Part shown: in pieces, positions 35,570 through 45,175 of the stretch
Numbering within the stretch: position 1 is the stretch's first letter
Layout of the letters: every line of letters starts with the position of its first letter
From: Lama guanicoe
Lineage: Eukaryota
Direction: 5' to 3'
Length of the DNA: 64,000 bases
NCBI GenBank assembly: GCA_013239625.1
Contig: MU053881.1
Location: 4,423,957-4,487,956, forward strand
Notes under the pieces: model-generated
The model's input: the letters and a program-made list of their open reading frames with translations, nothing else
Database searches by the model: none
Told to the model about the DNA's origin: nothing
Made by a program: the position numbers and the translations under genes

Positions 35570-36260
35570 TCTCAAAAGCTGTTTCCAGCTATAAAACACT
35601 TCAATGCTGTGACTGTCTCGACTCCACAGGACAGGTACAGGTGACCAGACAGGAACCACCGGGCCACACCCCCGTCCTCCCTACTCCCACCCAGTGACGC
35701 AGACCTGGACAAGCCCCCTGAAAGGGGCCGTGCCCAGCCGGTGGCCCCGGTGTGATTCAGCAGCGGGCAGGAACCACCTCGCCCTCAGAGGATGGCAGTG
35801 CCCAGGATGCCCTCCTCGGGGTCTTGTTCAGAGACCTCTCAGGGAGGATCATCCGTGCCCCCTCCCGTGGGCCCACCTCAGACACCCGTTTCCATGGCCT
35901 CCCTTCGTCCACAGGCCCAGCCTCACCCCTACATTCAACTCCAGCCCACTGCCTTCACCCCTAAGCCCAGACCAGAGGCAGAGCCCAAAGGAGCCGAAGG
36001 CAGCCCTGGCCTGCCCGTGCAGCATCCCTGACCTGCCTCCCTCCTGACTCCCCCCTGACTCCCCAGCTACTCCCCTCTCCCACAAGACCTGGTTTCAAGT
36101 TCTCGCCCTGCCACCTGCCTGCTGGGGTCTTGGACGGCACACTTACCCCTCGGAACATCAGCTACCTCATCAGTAGTCAGAGTTATAACTAACCTCATAA
36201 GGTTATTTCAAGAGTCAAGTGAAATAAAGTTAACAAACACACCAAAATGCTGCTCAGCAG
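35570..36260. repeat. Arm B of the ancient inverted duplication (uninterrupted; empty MLT1D and L1ME sites)
   Basis: Reverse-complement homolog of ~1200-1465, ~1952-2320 and ~2823-2880. Confidence 0.9.
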
Positions 36261-36450
36261 ACTGAACAAATAAATGAGTGAGTGAATGAATAAATGAATG
36301 ACACCAGAGGGCCTGTGGTTGATAAGAGAACCAGACGTCAAGTCCAGGGACCTGAGTTTTAGTCCCAGGCCAGAGCTCGCTGACTGCAGAACCTTGGGCA
36401 AGTCGCTTCGCCTCACTGGGTCTCAATTTCTCCATCTGTCAAGCAGAGAG
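36085..36450 (+). mobile_element. Two MIRs (the first is the paralog of the MIR at 1198-1395)
   Basis: 'agacctggtttcaagttctcgccctgccac'; 'accttgggcaagtcgcttcgcctcactgggtctcaatttctccatctgt'. Confidence 0.7.
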
Positions 36451-37269
36451 CCTGAACTGGGATTTCTGCAGGCATTGTTTTCAACTTTAACTGGTAAGCT
36501 AAGACTCAGCGTATGAGACCAGGAAGCAAGTCCTTGGTTTACCTGAAACACAGTCTACACCTGTCATCTCTCCGGCACAAGGTAGTGTAGCCAGGAGGGT
36601 GGTTAGCTGAGCGGGCAGGAAAAAGCAATCCCTTTTTTGCAGCAGAGTCGGCACAGAGTTGAACAGTGCCACTTCCTAGCTGTGTGATGACCTTAAGGAA
36701 GTCACGTGAGCCGTGAGCCTCACATCAGTAATGTGGGGCTTACTTTACCGTTCTCTGTGCGCATGATGAGACTCAAACAAGAGCACGGATTCTCATCGCT
36801 TGCTGGTTCTTGCTACGTAAATGTCACAAACTCAAGAAATGGCATTTTTTACATTTTTCAGTTTTATTAATCCTGTTCCAAACAGCCTTCATGTTGAATG
36901 CAAGGGTCTAAGAGTAAAGGCAGGAAGTTAAGTCACAGGAGTTTCAGGGTGCTCAGTCCTTCAGGCCCCCCCACCAGCACTTGGGGCATCCCAACCTGGA
37001 GGGGCCCAGACGGGTGGCAGGAGGGCCTCTGCTGAGAGAGGACGCCAGGCCTCAGGGATGGACAGTGGTCCTGTCTGCCTCTGGCCCCCTGGCACAGCTG
37101 AGTGCACACTGCCCTGGGCCTCTGGAGGTTGGTATAGAGACCAGATCCCCGCCTCCCACCCCACGTACATCCCTAACTCCTCCGAAGCCCATGCCGCAAT
37201 CTTAAGGAGCAGAAATGAAGACTGCTGAGCACATGTGTGTGTGTGTGTGAGTGCACAGCAGAGTGGTTT

Positions 37270-37450
37270 CCAGGGCCAGACAGGAAACAGGACCCCGTGT
37301 CTAAATTCTGGTGCCACCACCCACCAGCACTGTGACCTGTGCAAACACGTCCACCCTCTGGGCCTCAGTTTCCTCCTCTGTACAGTGAGGACGGTGTGGG
37401 GAGGAAGACATGACATCATGCAGGGAACCAGTTAGCCCTGATCTGGTTCA
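37270..37450 (+). mobile_element. MIR SINE
   Basis: 'tgtgacctgtgcaaac...ctctgggcctcagtttcctcctctgta'. Confidence 0.75.
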
Positions 37451-37636
37451 CAGTCCACGCTCCATCCATCCCAACAGTCTTGTTTTGTTTTGCTTTAAAG
37501 GATGGCTGTACACTTCCCTTTAAGCCGGCCTGGAATTACGAAAGGCGAAATCAGGAAGGGAACATTGGCTTTGAAACCAGCCCCTTGGCTCCCTGAACTC
37601 GGAGGCACTACAGCAACATGTGAGATGAATTCCAAG

Positions 37637-37810
37637 CAGGGGTTCTCCACCCTGGCCACACATTCAGGTCTCCTGGGGAGCTCTGAGCAATGCTACGCAG
37701 GGGCCACACCTCAAGCCGACTGCTTTGGACTCACGGGGGCAACACCTGGTGCAGGATTATTTAAAGCTCCCCCAGGGCTCCCAGTGTGGAGCCAGGGTTG
37801 AGAACGAGGG
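37637..37810. mobile_element. MER5-family MITE
   Basis: 'caggggttctccaccctggcc...cctggggagct...tttaaagctccccagg...agccagggttgagaac'. Confidence 0.8.
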
Positions 37811-37814
37811 GCTT

Positions 37815-38030
37815 AAATCAAAAGGACAAGCTTAGGGGTGGGATCGGTTGAAATTCTGGTTCTGTCGCTTCTAAGTGCAGCCCAGTGTGAGGCACTCAAC
37901 TCACCGCAGTCTTGGTCTGTTTACTTATTAAAAATCAGCAATAATAAAGCAGCCTCACAAGGACGGTATGGAGATTCGCCGAGACAGCGGGTAAACGCAG
38001 GGGGCCCGGTACTCATAAAGTACACAGTAA
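37815..38030 (+). mobile_element. MIR SINE
   Basis: Degenerate 5' and core; 'aataataaagcagcctcacaagg'. Confidence 0.6.
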
Positions 38031-38489
38031 AATAAGAGCTGGTCCCCCTATGAGTTCTTCCAGTAAATTTAAATTCACATTATAATGTGAAGGCAAATGT
38101 AGCCACAAATATTCAAAACCGCAACATTTACATATGTGTTTATATTTCTTCTGATTTGCTTGTTGGTGTTTGTGAAACCCTGCCTCGTCTTAGGAAACAT
38201 GTAAGACCGCCAGGTGTGTCTGCAGCACAAGCGCTGTAAAGTCACTCAAAGTGGCGCCCTTCCCCAGCAGACATGCATGCTTTCCCGGCTGGGTTCTTCA
38301 CGGCTGTGTTTCTAGGAGGGACTCCGGGAGCCGCTCAGGGGAGCCGGAGGCTAATGAAGTCGGGCAGGGAGGACACTCTCTGACAGCTGCTCGAATCCCT
38401 GCTCTATGAAGGGCCCTCACCCCCACGGGCTGATTGCCAGGTCTCCAAAGACCATGCATAGACCACTGTTACCCCCAACCACGGCAGTT

Positions 38490-39235
38490 CACGTCCAGCA
38501 AGCACACATGCCAGAAACCCTGGCTCCTCCCTCTTCCCCACGGTCCCCATCAAGCTAGCTAGCACCGTCCTGCTGACTGTTACTCCTGCACAGTTCTCAT
38601 ATCCACACCCACCTCTCCATCCCTGCACAATGCCACAGTTCAGGTCTTCATCACCCCATTCCTGGACCACTGCCCAAGTCTCCCCTGACAGCTCTCTGGA
38701 CATCTGGTATTTACCAACTCCTAAATCCATCCTCCTCCCAACAGCTAGCATGAATTTAAGCAACTGAATTTCAGCCAAATTTAAGCTCCTTAATTGTATA
38801 TACAGTATGGACTACTGTCGTCAGACCCCTTCCTGCCTTTCCAGACTCACTTCCATCACACAGCAAGTTCCCTGAGCACTGATCTGCTTGTAGCTCCACA
38901 CCTACAACATGTTGTTTGCACCTCAGGACCTTTGCACATGCAAGTCTCCCTGCCTGGAACACCATTCCCATTTCTAGCCTGCCTGCATACTCTTTAAAGG
39001 CATGGACTCTATCTGTCTTGTTGGGGCTTTTGTCAGGAGGAAGGGAGGTAATTATGTTTAATTTTTTTTTTTAGTGGAGGTACTGGGGATCGAACCAGGA
39101 CCTCATTCACCCTAGGCATGCACCCTACCACTGAGCTATACCCTTCCCCGTCTTGTTCATTGTTTATTCCTCGCCTCGGCATAAAGCCTGGCTCATACTA
39201 GGGGATCAGTAAACACTTCTGAATAATGAATGGAC
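38490..39235 (+). mobile_element. L2 3' region (interrupted by a SINE)
   Basis: 'tcctggaccactgc', 'cacctcaggacctttgcacatgc...tgcctggaacacc', tail 'cagtaaacacttctgaataatgaatg'. Confidence 0.85.
39023..39149 (-). mobile_element. Camelid tRNA-derived SINE (Vic-1 type) inserted in the L2 tail
   Basis: 'gaggtaattatgttta...tggaggtactggggatcgaaccaggacctc...taggcatgcaccctaccactgagctatacccttcccc'; TSD gtcttgtt (39015-39022 / 39150-39157). Confidence 0.9.
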
Positions 39236-39364
39236 AACTAGAGTAAAGGTTGAACCCAGCACCCCTTTTCAGAGTTCTGGTTGCATCGTTCCTTTGTGGT
39301 ATTAAGACAACATTCTCCATCTCCTCCACCAGTCCGAGAGCTCATTCCAAGTGGAGGGCCTCCA

Positions 39365-39700
39365 TCTGTGGTTACGGACCCATGGCCCCAAGCTGTTCCC
39401 TGACCTGCTTGGTTAGGTTTACCCCATGTTTTCTTTATTTCAAAAAAAAAATTTTCAGTTTATAGCCAATATTTTAATAGTGGGTGATTTCAAAAAAATC
39501 CAAACTCAGGCTTCTTTTGAAAAATATCATGGTCTGGCCGGCCTGGGCTGGGCCCCTGCATGACAAGGACAGGCCAGGGTTGAGCAGCAGTTGCCCCTTC
39601 AGCCAGGACATGTGCTGTCTGTCCTCACGGGCCCACCTGGCCCACTTTCAGCGTTTTCGTCACCTGACTGCCCCCTGGCATTTGAATTTTCAGGTCTCAG
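39365..39700 (+). mobile_element. MER102-like hAT-Charlie element
   Basis: 'gatttcaaaaaaatccaaactcaggcttcttttgaaaaat...tgagcagcagttgccccttcag...ggcatttgaattt'. Confidence 0.75.
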
Positions 39701-40599
39701 GACACATCATATTCATTGGAGAAACTCTTCTCATAAGGATGTAGCAGTGACCTTATGAGCTCTCTGCACTGTGGCAGGCCTTAGACATGAGGCCAGAGAA
39801 GTCAATGCTTCAGTTGAATTAAACCTGCTTTTCTTAGCAAAGAGAGAAACAAGCTCAATTGCAAGAGTCAAGGTGCCCATGAGATTTTTTTGAAGCAGAG
39901 GTTGTCCAAAGTCAGCACAGGCATCTCCCAAAGGAGGACTGGGGGCTGGGTCCCCTCGGGCGGTGCTTCTCCAGTTTTACTGTGTGCAGGGATCGCCGGG
40001 GGGAGTGGGGGGTCTGTTAAAAGGCACATTCGGACCAGGGGGGCCGGGGAGGGCCTGCGACTCTGTTCTAACAAGCTCCCAGGGGAGAGCAACGCCTGCT
40101 GGTCCCTGCACACTCTTTCAGCAGCGGCCTCTGTGGTGCCACCGCCCCGCCACCCAGCTGCGTGAAAGCAAGAACTTCTGGGTCATCCAGGCGTTCCTGG
40201 GACAACCGCCTGCCTGGTGTCACCACGATAAAGCCCTGCGAGAATGCCTAACCACTTCGTTCTCGTCCAGGGAAAGGAAAGGCGGAAGCAAGGGACACAC
40301 AGCAGGTGGGGGGGGGCTTAACGCCTTTGCCACTGTCTTCCCCACCCCCCACGGCTGTCCCCCTGATGTCCCCAAGTGAGCCTAGAAGTCTGAGACTGTG
40401 ACCCCACACTGGGATGGCAGATGCTCCCAAAAGGACCTGAAAATTCAGGCTCAGGTCAACCACAGCCACAAACCCCAACTTGCAAGTTGGTTTTGCTTTT
40501 TTGTTTTTCTTGCGTTTTTTTGTTTGTTGGTTTTGGTTTTTTTTTTTTTGAGCAGCCTTCTCATTCGAGCTCCTGTTCCCAGCATATTATTTTTCCAGG

Positions 40600-40800
40600 T
40601 GGCAGAGAGGAAGGCCTTTGCCCTCACACGTCAGGGATCTCAGAGGAAGCAGAAAGAAAACTGACGCGTGCAGAACTGGTCCCCAGGGCTTCTCACGTGG
40701 CGCTCGTCAACAGGAAGCTGCAGGTACACTCTTTGGGAACACTCTGGGTTTTGCTGCTGGTTGTTTTGCAGCCAATCAGCTCATTCAAGTAAACTGGGGA
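40600..40800. promoter_or_regulatory. Candidate enhancer/promoter motif cluster (CRE half-sites, CACGTG E-box, ETS, NF-Y)
   Basis: cacgtca 40627-40633, tgacg 40662-40666, cacgtg 40694-40699, cgtca 40705-40709, caggaag 40711-40717, agccaatcag 40770-40779, all in repeat-free DNA. Confidence 0.35.
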
Positions 40801-42049
40801 GAGGATGATCAAAAACTCACTGGGCCTGTTCGCAGCACACCCCCTGCGCTGGCCAGATTCGGTCATCGCAAGGTGGCTGGGCAAAGATTTGCACCCGGGA
40901 GGGGGCAGGCAGTGGCTGGTGCTCTAGGCTGCAAGGACATGCCCTCTGACCACTCTAGCCCACTTTCCCCCAAATCCCCCCATGCCATCCCCTAAAAGAA
41001 ACATTTCTCAGGGCCAGAAAGGGTAGCGGCCGGCATAGCTTTCAACAGCAAGCGAGAGGAGGCAGGGGAGATGGGGTGCGCCGGCTCACACCGGGCTGCT
41101 GGCTCTGGGCTTTCATTATAGTCCCATGTTTTCAAATTTCCAGCTCCGGAGGAGCTGGGGTGGGGAGCAGAGTTTTGGGATCTGTTCAGCCTAGGTATAC
41201 ATAAATAGCAGCAGACAAAATGTCCTTTATCAGCTATTTCCCAGGAAACAGGGAGAAAATTCTTCTCATTGCCAGATTATAAAAGAAGGGGGAGACAGCC
41301 CTGGCTTCTTCCCTCTCCCCCGTACAGAACACTAAGGCACTGTTCTGACACCCACCGGGAGGGTCCCTGTTGGAGAGAAGGCAGGGGCGGGCAGGATGGC
41401 TTGGGCAGCTGCTGAGAATACAGGTTTGCTGCCAGCCAGAGCACAGAAGTGCTTTCCCAGGGAAGGGGAGGTGACGTAGCCTGCTGGGTAAACTGGAAAT
41501 TATTAACCACAGGATGAGTAGAATCAAAAGGAGCCGAAAACCAATTGTTGGCTTCACTGGGAGTTGTAAGCACGCTAGGGGAGGAAAAAAAAAAATGACA
41601 AATCTATTTGAATTTTTTTTTTCTAAACCAGAAGAGCCAATTCCAATAATTCTGTTGAGTGAAGCTCTCCAGTGTTCTCTCCTGCTGGTATCTCAAGGCT
41701 GGTTTTGTTATTCCTTCACACAGATGGCTTAAGAAACACTTACGATACTCAATATATTTTTTTCTTTTCTTCTTCCTTTTTTTTTTTTCTTGCCCATAAG
41801 AATTTGGGTCTTTCTCATCTGCCCACTTCTTATTTTCTTTCTATTTCTGATTTAGATAAAGCGTGACTTTAAAGAGCCTTCAAGACTATTTCTATCACAG
41901 GCGGATTTGAGACTCCTTCTTACCATAAAAATAACAGGTCCAACCTCCTGCAGTCATCAACTCACATTTTATCAAGTATTTACAGTGTGTCTGGGTGCAT
42001 GTCAAGGCCTTACACCAGCGCTTCTCAAAGACCAGTGTGTGGCAGTCCT

Positions 42050-42250
42050 ATTTTTGATCGGATTTTTTTATTGCTGTCATCATTTCGTTGTGTGAGTTCT
42101 TTACGTATTTTGGGTATCAATCCTTTACCAGATACGTGATCTGCAGGTATTTTCATCCACCCTGTGGGTTGCCTTTTCATTTTGTTGACTGTTTCCTTTG
42201 CCGTGAGGAGACATTTTAGTCTGATGTAGTCCCACTTGGTGATGTTTGCT
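42050..42250 (-). mobile_element. L1 ORF2 fragment (antisense)
   Basis: 'gagttctttacgtattttgggtatcaatcctttaccagata...ttttcattttgttgactgtttcctttgccgtg'. Confidence 0.85.
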
Positions 42251-42530
42251 TGTCCGGCAGTCTGATTTGTGGGTATTTATCCAAACGAAATGAAAACAGG
42301 ATATCAAAAAGATAGCTACACTCACATGTTTATTGCAGTGTTATTCACAACAGCTAAGATATGGAAAGAACCTAAGTGTCTATCAACAATGAATGGGTAA
42401 AGAAGACATGATACATTTATATACAGTGGAATATTATTCAGCCAAGAGAAAGAAGGAAATCCTGCCACTGGTGACAACATGAATGAAGCTGGAGGGCACT
42501 ATGCTGAGTGAGATCAGTCAGACAAAGACG
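42251..42530 (+). mobile_element. L1MA/MB ORF2 end (sense)
   Basis: 'gggtatttatccaaacgaaatgaaaacagga...gtggaatattattcagcc...atgctgagtgagatcagtcagacaaagac'. Confidence 0.85.
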
Positions 42531-42931
42531 AACAATGCCTGTTGCCATTTTGAGGTCTGACTTGGCAATAATACTGCAACTTGGGGGCTATTTTTTTGTT
42601 ACAACATGTGGCATGACTGACTCCCCCATGGCTGGTGTTGAGAGAAACTGCCAGGCCCAGTCACGTAGAGACAGGATGCTCTCTGGCTAATGCTGCCAAA
42701 TCCACGGTGAAATCTAACCCTTTGTGAAAATGTAGATCGACTCTCTCACAAAGTGCTTTTCACGGTTCATCTGCCTCACGAGTGTCTAGCTATCAGCTAT
42801 TCAGCCCTTGCTAGAAGGATATCAGATGCCGTCCAATGTAAAAACCCATGACAAAGAAGAAAGACCCGTGCCCACGGCTAGAACAAAATGATGAAATCCG
42901 TCGGAATTTCATTCAGGGCAAGCACGAGAGG

Positions 42932-43640
42932 AGTTGGAACTTTTGGCTGTTCTGAATAACGCTGCTCTGAAGATGGGTGTACCAGTGTCTGTTCCATTCC
43001 CTGCTTTCAGCTCTTTTTGGCATAAACCAGAAGAATCAGATGGTAATTGTACGTTTAATTTTGTGAGGACCACCACAGCAATTTCCACAATGACAGCGCC
43101 ATTTTACATTCCCACTAGTAATACCCAAGGGTTCTAAACCTCATCAACATTTGTTATTTTTATTTATTTAATTTTTATAGTAGCCAACCTCACAGGCATG
43201 AAGTGTTACCTCACTGTGGTTTTGATTTTCATTTCTCTAACGATCAGTGATATTGAGCATCTTTTCATGTGCCTGTTGGTCATGTATTTATCTCCTTTGG
43301 ATGAACTCTTTTTTTCTGTTCCATTGATCTGTGTGTCTGGTTTTATGCCAATACCATATTGTTTGATCATTAGAGCTTTTAACATAGTTTGAAATCATAG
43401 AGCATGATACCTTCAAGCTTTGTTTTTTTCTCAAGGTTGCTTTCGCTATTCAGGGTCTTTTATGGTTCCCTACAAACTTTAGGCCTGTTTGTTCCGTGTT
43501 TGTGAAAAATGCCATTGGAATTTTGATAGGGAGTGCATTTAATCTGTAGATTGCTTTGGGTAGTATGGATATTTTAAGAACATCCTTTGCCCTTTTTAAA
43601 AAAATCGTGTTAATTGGTTTGCTGTTGTTAAGTTGACAAG
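42932..43640 (-). mobile_element. L1 ORF2 fragments (antisense, internally deleted)
   Basis: 'cttttggctgttctgaataacgctgct', 'ccattttacattcccac', 'gccattggaattttgatagggagtgcatttaatctgtaga'. Confidence 0.85.
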
Positions 43641-44339
43641 TCTGAATTGTTAAGTCCTTATAAGACTGACTTAATCTTTCTGTTCTTTGACTATCAAGTC
43701 CCCATCCCATTCCCCATGAACAAAATAAACAATCCACAACCGTCAAAGAGTCCACATGTCAAAAAAAATCACCAGCACTTCTAATTCTTCCAACGTTACT
43801 CTGTTTAGATCCTGCTTAGAGCAGCCTTGAGCTTCTGAGAGCACGCTGGGACCATCGAAGACCCCAGTGCAGGCTTATACTCCTCTCATCCTGCACTTCT
43901 CACCTGGGTAGCCTTCAATTTGCAGGGGGTGGAGACAGCCTTCACCCAGTTTCCAAGGCTGCAGCTGCCGAGGCCTGAAAAACCCCAGAGTCGCAGACAC
44001 GTGCCCCACGAGCAGCTGCTCTTTGACTTGAGTCTTTCCACTAACAGGCAGCTGGTTTTCCTTGGAAGTCAGGGAGACTGTGAGATAAGTATTGAGCAAA
44101 ATCAACCGCTCCAAGCAAGAGAGATTGAACTGGTACAGGACTGAGGCTGTTCATTCTTAAAATATCTTTTTCTTGCTTGAATACATGCAAATGTGAGCCC
44201 AGAGGAGTTTGGTCTGAAAAGCTGCACAATCATATATCTGCATGTGTATTTTAGCCCTGAGACATTTTTATGTTCCTGACCTTTGTACAGGTGTGCACAT
44301 TGTGTGTTACCTGCACTGCAGGTCAACTTGCAATTTCTT

Positions 44340-45175
44340 CGTCCAGCTCTGGGCTCCCCTACACTGGGCTAGAGATCATCTTAACTTGTCCCAGTAGGAC
44401 CCTGATTTCCTCCCCCCATGCTTGTGCCTCCCCGATCTTTCCCTTCTTAGTAAATCACACCACCTTTCACCAGCTGCTCACAGCCAGAAATGTAAGAATC
44501 ATTCCTGAGTTCTCTTTCCCTTATCCCTGAGACAGAATCCACCCCCAAATTCCATCATCTCCATCTTTGAAATACATGGGAAACTGACCACTTCTCCCCA
44601 CCCCTCCAACCCACCACGGCCAGAGGCACCATCCCCTGTTGCCTTTGCTATTAAAACAGCCTAAAACAGCAAGGTGTCCCCTCCCACCTCCAGACACTCT
44701 CCAACCACAGAGTAACCAGAGGATCCTTTAAAACCTAAGTCCCTCTCCCACTCAGAATGCTATTAGCCTCCATCCCTCTTAGGGCACAGTCCACACCTTC
44801 TCCTACAAAGCCCTGCAGGACCTGGCCTCCCCGACCTCTCATCTTCCCTCCCCTGATGCTTCCCCTTGGCCAACATGTCCCTTCCACTCTGGCCACTTTG
44901 CTGTCTCTTGAACCCACCAAGTCCATTACTGCCTCAGAGCATTTGCAGTTGCTATTCCCTCTGCCTGGGAACTCCTTCAAGTTTCTACAGTTATGTACAA
45001 GAAACAATTATGTACACACTGGCTTATTGTCTCTCTCTCTCTCCTCCTAGAGTAAAAGCTCCTTGAAGAGGTCAGAGACTGAGCATCTTGTTCACTGCTA
45101 TATCCCCGGCACCCAATAGTGCCTGGCACTTAGTAGACGTGCAACGTGTGTGTGTTGAATGACTGAGTGACTGAA
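44340..45175 (+). mobile_element. L2a-type 3' end
   Basis: 'cctcagagcatttgcagttgctattccctctgcctggga', 'tcttgttcactgctatatcccc...gtgcctggcacttagtag...tgttgaatgactgagtga'. Confidence 0.9.

Noticed and set aside
36640..36720. Possible extension of the inverted duplication to a second MIR pair (with 875-968), sharing 'cacttcc.agctgtgtgatg'
   Set aside because: MIR-to-MIR similarity is expected regardless, and the intervening unique sequence does not align convincingly by eye.
40599..40723. Possible exon between 'ttttccag|' and '|gtacac'
   Set aside because: The donor is weak and there is no recognisable peptide or partner exon; the transcription-factor motif reading fits better.
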